From Betaproteobacteria bacterium (GTDB lineage Bacteria > Pseudomonadota > Gammaproteobacteria > Burkholderiales > Burkholderiaceae), in assembly GCA_947378095.1 (NCBI GenBank), contig CANCIL010000001.1, positions 1 through 48,626 of the forward strand: a stretch of 48,626 bases of DNA, written 5' to 3'. This document shows positions 19,238 through 29,258 of this stretch, piece by piece; positions within the stretch are counted from its first letter, which is position 1; each line of letters opens with the position of its first letter. The notes under the pieces are model-generated. The model ran no database searches. It had not been told where the DNA came from and worked only from the letters and a program-made list of their open reading frames with translations. Position numbers and translations under genes: made by a program.

Positions 19238-20470
19238 ATGCGCTTTCGATCGGCTGGTTATACCCCTCTTATGCTCATGGCACAAACCTGTGCTTTATTA
19301 GGCTTTGCTTGCTATGCCGTGGTTCTAACCTCTTTACAAGAGGAATGGCGACTCTCCAATCTTCAATCCGGTTTAATTGCAAGCGCATTTTTCTTTGGAT
19401 ATATGTTGGCGGTACCCCTAGCAACTGCATTGACTGATAGGGTAGATGCTCGCAAGGTATATTTGGTAGGAGGTCTTTCAGCCACCTTGGGCCTTTTGGG
19501 TATGGCCTTTTTTGCCTTTAACTTTTGGACTGCCTTAATTTTTATGGCAATCAACGGTGCCGGGCTGGCAGGTACCTATATGCCTGGTCTCAAAATTTTG
19601 TCTGATCGCATACAGACAGGTGAGTTAACTAGACATATTGCTTTTTACACAGCCTTTTTTGGAATTGGTACCGGTTTCTCTTATCTCTGTTCTGGTTGGA
19701 TACTGAGTGCACTCGGGTGGCACTTTGTGTTTGGCATTATTGCTTTTGGCCCATTTACCGCATTTTTAATTGTGCTTCTATTGATTCCACCTCTACAGCA
19801 CGAGAAGTGGAAGGGCCCTATTCATATTCGCATTCATGACATTTTTCCAGTAGATAAATGGAAATTAGTCTTGCAAGATAAAAATGCTTCCGGTTTTATC
19901 TTCGGTTATACCGCACATTCCTTAGAGCTATTTGCCTCAAGAAGCTGGATCGTTGCCTTCTTTGCATTTTGTACGGCAGTTACAGGTGAAACTTTTTTCT
20001 TAGCTGCCACCACTTTGGCTGGCGTGATTAATTTTTTTGGCGTGCCATCCTCTATTTTGGGAAATGAAATCGCTCTTCGTGTCGGTCGACAAAAATGGGT
20101 TTGCATAGTGATGCTCACAAGTGCGGCAATGGGTGTTTTATTGGCATGCTCTACTGGCCAAGCTTGGTGGCTCATATGTGCATTGGCTGTTGGCCATACC
20201 ATTTTTATCATGGCCGACTCTTCAACCTTGACTGCGGGTTTAGTGATTAGCGCAAAGGAAAACATTAAAGGTGCTGCCATGGGTTTGCACTCATTAATGG
20301 GTTTTGGCGGCGGCTTACTAGGCCCTGCTATTTTTGGTTTTGTATTAGATATCTCTGGATCACGCGCCTCTCAAATGTCCTGGATCTGGGCTTATGTGGC
20401 TGTAGTGATTTGGGGGGTGCTCTTTGTGATTTATGAGCGCCGCAATGGTTGGGGTAGCAAAGCAAGTTAA
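19238..20470 (+). CDS. MFS transporter, translationally coupled to ccoI
   Basis: About 12 hydrophobic segments, motif A (ALTDRVDARK); stop overlaps ccoI start (TAATG). Confidence 0.9.
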   Translation: MRFRSAGYTPLMLMAQTCALLGFACYAVVLTSLQEEWRLSNLQSGLIASAFFFGYMLAVPLATALTDRVDARKVYLVGGLSATLGLLGMAFFAFNFWTALIFMAINGAGLAGTYMPGLKILSDRIQTGELTRHIAFYTAFFGIGTGFSYLCSGWILSALGWHFVFGIIAFGPFTAFLIVLLLIPPLQHEKWKGPIHIRIHDIFPVDKWKLVLQDKNASGFIFGYTAHSLELFASRSWIVAFFAFCTAVTGETFFLAATTLAGVINFFGVPSSILGNEIALRVGRQKWVCIVMLTSAAMGVLLACSTGQAWWLICALAVGHTIFIMADSSTLTAGLVISAKENIKGAAMGLHSLMGFGGGLLGPAIFGFVLDISGSRASQMSWIWAYVAVVIWGVLFVIYERRNGWGSKAS

Positions 20471-22899
20471 TGAAACCAAATCTGGTTTGCTATCACTGTT
20501 CGAGCACCATTCTTCCTGGTGAATTAATAGAAGCCGATTTAGCTGGAGTGAGCCGGGCATTTTGCTGCCCTGGTTGCATGGCAATTGCGCAAACAATTCA
20601 TGGTGAAGGTCTTGAAGTGTTTTATGCCAGAAGGGCTCAGGCATGCGAAAGACCAGCTGCTTATTTAGCCTCCAATGAGATTCCAGAAAAATTACAGCCT
20701 TATGACGATCCATCTTTGCGCAGTCGATTTACACGTCCCTTTGGGGATGCGGGTGAATTAGAGACTACCTTGCGCTTAGAAAAAATTCGATGTGCTGCCT
20801 GCGTTTGGTTATGTGAGCAACATCTTCGACGCATAGCCGGTGTAAAAGATGTGCAAATAAATTACGTCACACAAAAAGTCATCGTGCGTTTCTCGCCGGA
20901 TCAAACGAGTCTAGCAAGATTGATATTCGAAATTGAAAGAGTAGGGTATGAAGCCTGGCCTTTTGAGCCCTCTTTATCTTTAGAGCGAGCCAAAAAAGAA
21001 AGAAGGCAATTGCTCACTAGGCTAGGTGTTGCGCTTCTGGGAATGATGCAAGTCATGATGTATGCATGGCCATCTTATGTGGGCGCCAATGACATCACTG
21101 CTGAATACGATTTGTTATTAGCTTGGACAAGCTGGGCCTTAACAGTTCCAGTGATGGTGTACTCCGCGGGCCCGATCTTTCAGGCAGCTTGGCGAAGTGT
21201 GTTGTCATTTAAACAAACTCGCATGCTGGGAATGGATGTGCCAATTGCCCTCGCTTTGGCTTTAGCTTTCATTGCCGGCACGATCAATCTCATTACAGGT
21301 TCTGGCCAAAGCTATTTTGATTCGATCACGATGTTTGTTGCCTTTATCTTGGCAGCACGCTATGTCGAGCTCTTAGCTAGGCAAGACGCTCAGGGTGGAG
21401 CAGAAGCTTTAGCAAAACAACTCCCTGCAACTTGTGAACGTATGCTCGATTACCCACTTTCACAGGCAGTAGCTCTGGTGCCTGTAGTCAACTGCAATCC
21501 TGGCGATGTCTTGAGGGTGTCTCCAGGCGAAGTTATTCCAGCCGATGGCATCTTGATTGAAAATGCGAGCGCTCTAGACGAATCACTGTTAACTGGAGAA
21601 TCGAAACCAGTTGAGAAAAAAGTAGGTGATCGTGTTTACGCGGGAACCCATAATATTCTCAATCCACTCATCATGTGTATTGAGGCAGTTGGGCAATCGA
21701 CTCGTATTGCTGGTATCGCTTCTTTATTGGATCAAGCTTTATTAGCTAAACCAGTGATGGTAAGTCTTGCAGAAAAATGGGCCGCTTATTTTGTAGCTTT
21801 TTTATTGTTTAGCGCTTTTCTGTCTTCGGCTATTTGGTTATATTTCGATCCAAGTCGCGCATGGACTGTATTGGTTTCAGTATTGGTTGCCAGTTGTCCC
21901 TGTGCTTTGTCTTTAGCGGTGCCCACTGCCATGGCTGCTGCACAAGGTGCCGTGACTAAGTTGGGATTGCTGATTGTGCGTGGTCATGTGATGGAAGGCT
22001 TGGTGAAGGCCACTGATCTTGTGCTGGATAAAACGGGGACAGTCACCATGGGTCAGCCAGAGCTGCAAGAAATTGTGATCTTACGTCCAGGTTTTAAGGC
22101 CCAAGATGCACTAGCGATTGCAGTGGCGCTAGAGGCAGGGCAGAGGCATCCTTTGGCGCTCTCACTGCTGCGCGCTGCTCAAGACGAGCAATTATCCATT
22201 CCCGCTTTAACTGAACCGGTCATCAATATATTGGGCAAAGGCTTGACTTCAGGTGCCTATCGCTTGGGAAGTGCAACATGGCTTGGTATTGAATTGGGAT
22301 CTCAAGTCGGTCAGTATGGTCAAGTACATTTAGCGGATGATGCTGGGCTGATTGCCAGCTTTATTTTTCTTGATACCGTCCGTAACGGCTTAGAAGATTT
22401 GCTAGCTAGCGCAAAGCGCCGAAACATTGCAGTCCATTTGGTTTCTGGCGATGATCCTGCAACAGTGGCTTGGTGGGCTAATCATGTTGGCATCACTAGT
22501 TTTGTTGGGGCTTGTTCGCCAGAAGATAAATACGACTACATTGAACGTTTACAAAATACCGGTCGATTTGTTTGGGCCATTGGTGATGGCGTGAACGATG
22601 CTCCTCTATTAGCACGTGCTGATGTATCTATTGCCGTGGGCGCTGGCGCTCCTTTGGCATCGGCTGGTGCAGATGCCATTCTGACTTCTGTCTCTTTAAA
22701 GCCGCTTGCAAAGACTTTATTGCTGGCAGATAAAACGGCAGTCATCATTAAGGAAAATTTGTTGTGGGCTTTGGTCTATAACTTGTTAGCGATACCAGCA
22801 GCCATGATGGGGTGGGTCAATCCATGGGTCGCAGGCATTGGAATGTCCTTGTCTTCACTTGCTGTCACCTTAAATGCTTGGCGTTTACGAAAGGCTTAG
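20470..22899 (+). CDS. ccoI: Cu(I)-translocating P1B-type ATPase CcoI/FixI
   Basis: CYHC..FCCPGC N-terminal domain, CAAC HMA motif, TGES, CPC, DKTGT, HP, GDGVND, YN...MSLSS; adjacent to ccoS. Confidence 0.93.
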   Translation: MKPNLVCYHCSSTILPGELIEADLAGVSRAFCCPGCMAIAQTIHGEGLEVFYARRAQACERPAAYLASNEIPEKLQPYDDPSLRSRFTRPFGDAGELETTLRLEKIRCAACVWLCEQHLRRIAGVKDVQINYVTQKVIVRFSPDQTSLARLIFEIERVGYEAWPFEPSLSLERAKKERRQLLTRLGVALLGMMQVMMYAWPSYVGANDITAEYDLLLAWTSWALTVPVMVYSAGPIFQAAWRSVLSFKQTRMLGMDVPIALALALAFIAGTINLITGSGQSYFDSITMFVAFILAARYVELLARQDAQGGAEALAKQLPATCERMLDYPLSQAVALVPVVNCNPGDVLRVSPGEVIPADGILIENASALDESLLTGESKPVEKKVGDRVYAGTHNILNPLIMCIEAVGQSTRIAGIASLLDQALLAKPVMVSLAEKWAAYFVAFLLFSAFLSSAIWLYFDPSRAWTVLVSVLVASCPCALSLAVPTAMAAAQGAVTKLGLLIVRGHVMEGLVKATDLVLDKTGTVTMGQPELQEIVILRPGFKAQDALAIAVALEAGQRHPLALSLLRAAQDEQLSIPALTEPVINILGKGLTSGAYRLGSATWLGIELGSQVGQYGQVHLADDAGLIASFIFLDTVRNGLEDLLASAKRRNIAVHLVSGDDPATVAWWANHVGITSFVGACSPEDKYDYIERLQNTGRFVWAIGDGVNDAPLLARADVSIAVGAGAPLASAGADAILTSVSLKPLAKTLLLADKTAVIIKENLLWALVYNLLAIPAAMMGWVNPWVAGIGMSLSSLAVTLNAWRLRKA

Positions 22900-22908
22900 A
22901 CTGTAGGG

Positions 22909-23088
22909 ATGGAAAGCCTCTTTATTTTGATTCCCTTATCGCTATTGCTCGTGGGCCTTTTGGCTTGGATTTTGAGTTGGTCAGTCAAGAGTGGGCAGTT
23001 TGATGATTTAGATGGTCCAGGCCAATCTATTTTAATGGACGATGATGCTCCAGTAGCGCCCAAAGTTAGTGAAAACTCTCAAAAATAG
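22909..23088 (+). CDS. ccoS: cbb3 oxidase maturation protein CcoS (59 aa, not in ORF track)
   Basis: Hand translation MESLFILIPLSLLLVGLLAWILSWSVKSGQFDDLDGPGQSILMDDD...; W...SGQFDDL is the CcoS signature. Confidence 0.95.
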   Translation: MESLFILIPLSLLLVGLLAWILSWSVKSGQFDDLDGPGQSILMDDDAPVAPKVSENSQK

Positions 23089-23159
23089 TCATATATTGAC
23101 TGCTTAGGTCTTAGTTAGTTCCAGTGTTTATTGGGCAAGATCATTTTGCCCCTCCCTTT

Positions 23160-23173
23160 TTGATATAGATCAA
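23160..23173 (+). promoter_or_regulatory. FNR/ANR box upstream of ccoN
   Basis: Perfect TTGAT-ATAG-ATCAA; -10-like GATAAT at 23196-23201 fits class II (-41.5) geometry. Confidence 0.9.
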
Positions 23174-23254
23174 ATCCCCCTTAAAGCCTTACTTTGATAA
23201 TCAATTCAATCTATTTGGATTATGTCGTTGTTTGGTCACAAAAAAGGAGAAACC

Positions 23255-24697
23255 ATGGGACTTACCGTGGGGAGTAATCAAGATACCTTCAATTACAAGG
23301 TTGTCAGCCAATTTGCCTTAGTTACTGTGCTTTGGGGAATTGTTGGCATGCTCGTGGGGGTCATCCTCGCAGCTCAGCTCATCTGGCCAGAAATCACTTT
23401 TAATATTCCCTGGTTAAGTTATGGTCGTTTGCGTCCATTGCATACCAATGCAGTCATTTTTGCCTTCGGTGGTTCTGCGCTCTTTGCAACCTCTTACTAC
23501 ATAGTGCAGCGCACCTGTCAGGTAAGACTCTTCTGTGACAAGTTAGCGGCGTTCACTTTCTGGGGATGGCAAGCAGTAATTGTTTCTGCTGCAATTACTT
23601 TGCCATTAGGCATCACTACTTCAAAAGAGTACGCTGAGCTTGAGTGGCCAATTGATTTATTAATCACTGTAGTTTGGGTGGCATATGCCATTGTGTTCTT
23701 CGGCACCATCATCAAGCGTAAGACAAAACATATTTATGTTTCTAACTGGTTCTTTGGCGCTTACATTTTGACCATTGCTGTTTTGCATATTGTAAATAAC
23801 ATGGAGATGCCAGCCAGTCTCTTCAAATCGTATTCTGCTTATTCAGGTGCGCAAGATGCGATGATTCAATGGTGGTACGGTCATAACGCAGTAGGCTTTT
23901 TTCTCACTACTAGCTTCTTGGGCATGATGTATTACTTCATACCAAAGCAAGCAGAGCGTCCTATCTACTCCTATCGCTTGTCTATTGTTCACTTCTGGGC
24001 ATTGAACTTTACCTATATGTGGGCAGGTCCTCACCACCTACAACACACTTCCCTGCCTGATTGGACTCAGTCCTTAGGTATGGTGTTCTCTTTAATCCTA
24101 TTGGCTCCATCATGGGGTGGCATGATCAACGGCATCATGACTTTGTCAGGCGCTTGGTATAAGTTACGTCGTGACCCGATTCTGAAATTCTTGGTAGTGG
24201 CATTGTCCTTCTATGGTATGTCTACCTTCGAAGGTTCCATGATGTCGATTAAGACTGTGAATAGCTTGTCTCACTACACAGACTGGACTATTGGTCATGT
24301 GCACTCAGGAGCATTGGGTTGGGTTGCCATGATTACGATTGGTTCTTTGTACTATCTCATTCCTCGTTTGGTTGGTCAAAGGGATATGTACAGTACCAAA
24401 TTAATCGAAGTGCATTTCTGGATTGCCACTATTGGCGTGGTGATCTATATCGCTGCTATGTGGATTGCAGGTGTGATGCAAGGATTAATGTGGAGAGCCT
24501 TCGAGCCGGACGGAACTTTGACTTATAGCTTCGTTGAATCAGTTAAAGCGACCTATCCTTTCTACGTCATTCGTTTATTAGGCGGCCTATGCTATTTAAG
24601 TGGCATGTTATTAATGGCTTACAACGTCTACAAAACAGTGATTCATAAAAAATTCATTGACGCTGCTATTCCACAAGCGTCTATCGCTGCTCACTAA
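23255..24697 (+). CDS. ccoN: cbb3-type cytochrome c oxidase subunit I
   Basis: [38 protein letters not shown]; ATG 23255 after AGGAGA. Confidence 0.98.
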   Translation: MGLTVGSNQDTFNYKVVSQFALVTVLWGIVGMLVGVILAAQLIWPEITFNIPWLSYGRLRPLHTNAVIFAFGGSALFATSYYIVQRTCQVRLFCDKLAAFTFWGWQAVIVSAAITLPLGITTSKEYAELEWPIDLLITVVWVAYAIVFFGTIIKRKTKHIYVSNWFFGAYILTIAVLHIVNNMEMPASLFKSYSAYSGAQDAMIQWWYGHNAVGFFLTTSFLGMMYYFIPKQAERPIYSYRLSIVHFWALNFTYMWAGPHHLQHTSLPDWTQSLGMVFSLILLAPSWGGMINGIMTLSGAWYKLRRDPILKFLVVALSFYGMSTFEGSMMSIKTVNSLSHYTDWTIGHVHSGALGWVAMITIGSLYYLIPRLVGQRDMYSTKLIEVHFWIATIGVVIYIAAMWIAGVMQGLMWRAFEPDGTLTYSFVESVKATYPFYVIRLLGGLCYLSGMLLMAYNVYKTVIHKKFIDAAIPQASIAAH

Positions 24698-24707
24698 GGA
24701 TAAGAAC

Positions 24708-25355
24708 ATGTCAGAACAACGTCGATTTTTCTCCCACGAAACGCTTGAGCGTAATGTTGGTTGGTTGATTATTGCAACCATTGCAGCAATTTCTGTTGCC
24801 GGTTTAGTGCAGATCGTCCCCTTGTTTTTCCAACACTCTACGACTGAGCCTAGCCCTGGGATTGAGCCTTATTCTGCTTTACGCTTGGCCGGTCGTGATA
24901 TTTATCAGCGTGAAGGATGCTTAGGCTGTCACTCTCAACAGATTCGCACTCTGCGTTCAGAGGTAGAGCGTTACGGCCCTTACTCTTTGGCTGGTGAGTC
25001 TGTATTTGATCATCCATTCCTCTGGGGCAGTAAGCGTACCGGACCAGATCTGGCGCGTGTGGGTGGTCGTTACTCGGATGACTGGCATCGAATTCACTTA
25101 CGTAATCCACGTGATGTCGTGCCCGAATCTAATATGCCTGCATATCCCTATTTGCAAAAGCCGGCTGCTGCTGACACGATTTCTTCTCATATGCTTGCGA
25201 TGAAGCGCTTGGGTGTGCCGTACACCGATGAGGTGATTGCAAATGCGCCTAAAGAGTTGGAAGGTAAGACCGAAGAAGATGCATTAATTGCCTATCTTCA
25301 AGGGTTGGGCGTGAATCGTAGATACATCATTGTTGACGAGGTAATTGCTAAGTAA
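24708..25355 (+). CDS. ccoO: cbb3-type oxidase subunit II (monoheme c)
   Basis: [33 protein letters not shown]; ATG 24708 after AAGGA. Confidence 0.97.
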   Translation: MSEQRRFFSHETLERNVGWLIIATIAAISVAGLVQIVPLFFQHSTTEPSPGIEPYSALRLAGRDIYQREGCLGCHSQQIRTLRSEVERYGPYSLAGESVFDHPFLWGSKRTGPDLARVGGRYSDDWHRIHLRNPRDVVPESNMPAYPYLQKPAAADTISSHMLAMKRLGVPYTDEVIANAPKELEGKTEEDALIAYLQGLGVNRRYIIVDEVIAK

Positions 25356-25375
25356 TCCTTAGCAATTAAGAAAAT

Positions 25376-25543
25376 ATGCAAAATATTGCACCTTACCTCT
25401 CAGCAATTTCTACTGTGCTTGGCTTGGCAGTTTTTTTAGGAATCGTTTGGTGGGCTTGGTCTGCAAAAAGACAGCCCGCTAATCAAGAATCCGCCGAACT
25501 TCCGTTCGATCTTCCCGATGAATTCAGTAAGGATAAATCATGA
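25376..25543 (+). CDS. ccoQ: cbb3-type oxidase subunit CcoQ (55 aa, not in ORF track)
   Basis: Hand translation MQNIAPYLSAISTVLGLAVFLGIVWWAWSAKRQPANQESAELPFDLPDEFSKDKS; F.GIVWWA...A.LPF pattern; ATGA overlap with ccoP. Confidence 0.92.
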   Translation: MQNIAPYLSAISTVLGLAVFLGIVWWAWSAKRQPANQESAELPFDLPDEFSKDKS

Positions 25544-26463
25544 GTGACTTTCTTGGTGCCGGTTGGAGTACCTATATTGCCGCAGTAACATTGGTCGGTA
25601 TTATCTGGTGCGTCTGGTTATTATTTTCACAACTTAAGGTCAAGGTAAAGCTGAAACCTGATGGTGAGGTTGCTGATACGGGGCACGTTTGGGATGGCGA
25701 CTTACGCGAACTGAATAATCCGTTGCCACGTTGGTGGATGTGGATGTTCCTGATCTCATGCATCTTTGCTTTGGTTTACTTAGTGCTCTATCCAGGCCTA
25801 GGCTCTTATCCTGGTGTATTGGGCTATAGCACTGACAGTGCTTTGATGCAATCCATGACAACCGCCAATGATGAGTTAAAGCCGGTCTATGCCAAATATG
25901 TCAAGATGGATATTGAGCAAGTTGCAGCCGATCCAAAGGCCCGTGAAATGGGTCAACGCTTGTTCTTAAATTCATGCGCACAATGCCATGGCTCTGATGC
26001 GGGTGGCGCTAAAGGATTTCCAAATTTAACCGATGGCGATTGGCTTTATGGTGGCTCACCAGAGAACATTAAAACTACCTTGATTAATGGTCGTGCTGGT
26101 GTCATGCCTCCATTTCCGCAGTTGGATAGTAAACAAATAGTCGATGTTGCTAACTATGTTCGTAGCTTATCCGGTTTGCCTGCTGATGATCTGAAGGCTG
26201 CACGAGGAGCGGAAGTATTTAAATCTAACTGTGTAGCATGTCACGGTGCAGACGGTAAGGGCAATATTGCATTGGGCGCACCAAACTTAACTGATAAGAC
26301 TTGGTTATATGGTGGATCTGAAGCTACGATTGTTGAAACAATCACTAAAGGTCGTATGGCTATGATGCCAGCGCAGGACAAAGTATTGAGTCCCGAAAAG
26401 ATTCATTTACTCACAGCGTATGTATGGGGTTTATCAAATAATAAACAGCCAGCAGCGAAGTAA
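25540..26463 (+). CDS. ccoP: cbb3-type oxidase subunit III (diheme c)
   Basis: TGHVWDG..ELNNPLPRWW, CAQCH, CVACH, WLYGG twice. Confidence 0.97.
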   Translation: MSDFLGAGWSTYIAAVTLVGIIWCVWLLFSQLKVKVKLKPDGEVADTGHVWDGDLRELNNPLPRWWMWMFLISCIFALVYLVLYPGLGSYPGVLGYSTDSALMQSMTTANDELKPVYAKYVKMDIEQVAADPKAREMGQRLFLNSCAQCHGSDAGGAKGFPNLTDGDWLYGGSPENIKTTLINGRAGVMPPFPQLDSKQIVDVANYVRSLSGLPADDLKAARGAEVFKSNCVACHGADGKGNIALGAPNLTDKTWLYGGSEATIVETITKGRMAMMPAQDKVLSPEKIHLLTAYVWGLSNNKQPAAK

Positions 26464-26466
26464 TTA

Positions 26467-27924
26467 GTGTCAAATCAGTCGCCGGGCGGGAAGCCAGTAC
26501 CAATAGATGTTATTGAGGAATCTCTTTACGAGGTCCGGCGAAAGATTTACCCTCGATCAGTATCGGGTTTGTTTGCTCGTTGGCGTTTCATACTAGTCTT
26601 TGCTACACAACTACTGTTCTACGGCTTGCCTTGGCTGAGTTGGAACGATCGCCAAGCAGTTCTATTTGATTTAGTTCAGCGTAAGTTCTATATTTTTGGC
26701 CTTGTTCTTTGGCCTCAGGACGTGATCTATCTCACGCTTTTACTGATTCTTTCTGCATTAGCTTTATTTTTGTTCACTGCTGTAGCGGGCCGCCTATTTT
26801 GTGGTTACGCCTGTCCGCAGACGGTGTATACCGAAATCTTTATGTGGATCGAGCGTAAAGTTGAAGGAGATCGTTTTGCGCGTATTCGTCTAGATGGAGA
26901 AGAGTGGCCTTGGGGTTTTAAAAAGTGGCGCCTGAAGCTGACTAAGCACTTCTTATGGCTTTTAATTGCTTTCTGGACCGGCTTTACCTTCATTGGTTAT
27001 TTCACACCGATTGAAACCTTGGGCGCATCTCTCTTGCATTTATCTTTAGGCCCTTGGCAAACCTTCTGGCTATGCTTCTATGGCTTTGCTACTTGGGGTA
27101 ATGCTGGTTTCATGCGCGAGCAAGTTTGTAAATATATGTGCCCCTATGCACGCTTCCAAAGCGTCATGGTGGATAAAGATACCTTCTTAGTAACGTATGA
27201 CAAAGTACGGGGTGAGCCTAGAGGAAGTCGTAGTAAGTCGGTGGATCATGGTTCTCTTGGACTTGGCGACTGTGTTGATTGCAGTATTTGTGTGCAGGTA
27301 TGCCCTACCGGGATTGATATTCGGGATGGCCTGCAATATATGTGTATTGGGTGTGGTGCCTGTATTGACGCTTGTAATCAGGTGATGGAAAAAGTGGATT
27401 ATCCCAAGGGATTAATTCGCTATACCACTGAGCGCGCCATTGAAGATCAAGAGTCTAATCAGAGCGCCATTCGACATATTTTGCGTCCGCGGGTATTGAT
27501 CTATACGGCCTTTATTACCGTGCTTGCATCCGCTTTCTTGATTTCTTTAGCTACCCGTAATCCCTTGCGAGTCGATGTCATGCGCGATCGTGGCGCTTTA
27601 GCTCGTGAAGTTGAGGGTGTTCGAATTGAAAATATTTATCGGATTCAGATTATGAATGCTTCTGAGCATGCCATGAAGGTTCAAGTAAAAGCTACTGGCT
27701 TAGATGACCTGAAGATTCTGAATTCCCAAGGAATAGAAATTACTGAAATTGATGTTGGTCCAGCAAGTAATCAATTGCTTCCGATCAAAGTGAGCACTCA
27801 TATTGGCCACAATAATCCCGGTAACTACCCCATTTATTTTGATGTTGTAGCGCAAGAGAAGGCGGGCGATCAAGTGATCACTCGTGCCCGTGATGAAAAA
27901 TCTAGTTTTATTATTCCCCGTTAA
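26467..27924 (+). CDS. ccoG: cbb3 accessory Fe-S protein / Cu reductase CcoG
   Basis: GRLFCGYACPQTV, C.YMCPY, CVDCSICVQVCPTGIDIR, CIGCGACIDAC. Confidence 0.96.
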   Translation: MSNQSPGGKPVPIDVIEESLYEVRRKIYPRSVSGLFARWRFILVFATQLLFYGLPWLSWNDRQAVLFDLVQRKFYIFGLVLWPQDVIYLTLLLILSALALFLFTAVAGRLFCGYACPQTVYTEIFMWIERKVEGDRFARIRLDGEEWPWGFKKWRLKLTKHFLWLLIAFWTGFTFIGYFTPIETLGASLLHLSLGPWQTFWLCFYGFATWGNAGFMREQVCKYMCPYARFQSVMVDKDTFLVTYDKVRGEPRGSRSKSVDHGSLGLGDCVDCSICVQVCPTGIDIRDGLQYMCIGCGACIDACNQVMEKVDYPKGLIRYTTERAIEDQESNQSAIRHILRPRVLIYTAFITVLASAFLISLATRNPLRVDVMRDRGALAREVEGVRIENIYRIQIMNASEHAMKVQVKATGLDDLKILNSQGIEITEIDVGPASNQLLPIKVSTHIGHNNPGNYPIYFDVVAQEKAGDQVITRARDEKSSFIIPR

Positions 27925-27953
27925 GTAAGTTATATAAGATGGAGAGGATGCTA

Positions 27954-28157
27954 ATGAATGAACAACAAACAATGAAGCCTTGGTGGAAGCAATTATGGCC
28001 ATGGTTATTAATTAGTGGCCCAGCCGTTGCCATGATTGGCTGCATCATTACTATTTATTTGGCAGTCAATTTATATGCTGACAAGCCTTTGCGTGATGGC
28101 GTTATAAAGCAAGGTTTGAAAGTAGAGCAATTGAAAGAGTCGCAGGCCAGCAAATGA
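27954..28157 (+). CDS. ccoH: Short FixH/CcoH-like protein
   Basis: KPWWKQLWPWLLISGPAVAMIGC N-terminal TM of FixH; ATG 27954 after GGAGAGG; only 67 aa. Confidence 0.75.
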   Translation: MNEQQTMKPWWKQLWPWLLISGPAVAMIGCIITIYLAVNLYADKPLRDGVIKQGLKVEQLKESQASK

Positions 28158-28414
28158 AATACCGCCTAATTATCTGGATCTTGTGGCCATCTTTCTTGGT
28201 AGCTGGTATGGCAGAGGGTTTGCTCTTTACCGTGATACATCCTCAAGACCTTTTATTCTTCGGTCATCATCCTGAGATCTCAGATGAGGGTATTTACACT
28301 ATTGGATTTTTTGCAATTTGGATATTCTGTGCAGTCTCTAGCGCGCTGACTGCCTATATTCTCCCAGGTATTGAATCCCCAGATAACAAGGGGATTGATC
28401 GCAGCTTAATTTAA
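28154..28414 (+). CDS. Two-TM membrane protein of the cco cluster
   Basis: ILWPSFLVAG...F..I.P.DL...YTIGFF..W....SSALT; ATGA-coupled to ccoH. Confidence 0.8.
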   Translation: MKYRLIIWILWPSFLVAGMAEGLLFTVIHPQDLLFFGHHPEISDEGIYTIGFFAIWIFCAVSSALTAYILPGIESPDNKGIDRSLI

Positions 28415-29181
28415 GCGTGTTTTACTGGGATATCCGTGCTCACACAGTTGGACCTATCCGGATTGGGGATTCCAGCTAACTGATACAAGCCGTCCATATC
28501 GATGAGCTTAATATGACGCTGTTTAATTTGAATGAGGCCTGATTCTGCAAAGCGGGAGAGCATACGGCTTACAGTTTCAATCTGAATTCCTAGGTAGCTA
28601 CCAATTTCCACGCGACTCATACGTAAGTCGAACTCATTATTGAGATAACCTCGGGCAGCTAGTCGTTGTGAGAGATTTAATAAAAATGCTGCTAATCGCT
28701 CTTCAGCTCTCATAGTACCTAGTGAGAGTAGGTGACGTTGATCTTGAGTCAGTTCTCGACTCATAATTTTATGAAACTGATTTTGTAAAACAGGGATTTG
28801 TCGTGCTAAGTCTTCAAAAGCATCGTAACGAATGATGCAAACTTCACTTTCCTCGAGAGCAATGGCATCTGATTGGTAATGACCTTCGCCAATACCATCT
28901 AATCCTAATATTTCTCCTGGCAGATGAAATCCAATGACTTGTTGGCGACCGTCTTGTAAGCAGTACTCTGTCTTGAGAGTTCCAAAGCGCACGCTATAGA
29001 CTGAGCTAAGCGGATCACCATGACGATAGAGGCTTTCACCTTTCGCAAGATGCACACGTTCTTTAATGAGAGTATCTACTTTGCTAACGTCGCTAATACT
29101 CAGGCCAACTGGAAGACAAAACTGGCCCAAAACGCAGACTGAGCATTTGCTTGCTGGGGTATCGGTAGGTTTGTAATTCAT
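28411..29181 (-). CDS. fnr: FNR-type O2-sensing [4Fe-4S] regulator
   Basis: C-x2-C-x5-C (CSVCVLGQFC) plus central SEVC Cys; GFHLPGEILG; ETVSR recognition helix. Confidence 0.95.
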   Translation of the reverse strand: MNYKPTDTPASKCSVCVLGQFCLPVGLSISDVSKVDTLIKERVHLAKGESLYRHGDPLSSVYSVRFGTLKTEYCLQDGRQQVIGFHLPGEILGLDGIGEGHYQSDAIALEESEVCIIRYDAFEDLARQIPVLQNQFHKIMSRELTQDQRHLLSLGTMRAEERLAAFLLNLSQRLAARGYLNNEFDLRMSRVEIGSYLGIQIETVSRMLSRFAESGLIQIKQRHIKLIDMDGLYQLAGIPNPDRSNCVSTDIPVKHA

Positions 29182-29258
29182 CTTGAGGCTTCTTTAATAG
29201 ACAGTTTATTCTATGTGGGTGAAGAAACCCGTTTTTTACAGTCCTTTTTGGTGGATTA

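Noticed and set aside
22812-23003. 63-aa plus-strand ORF after ccoI
   Set aside because: Wrong frame; the real gene is ccoS at 22909-23088
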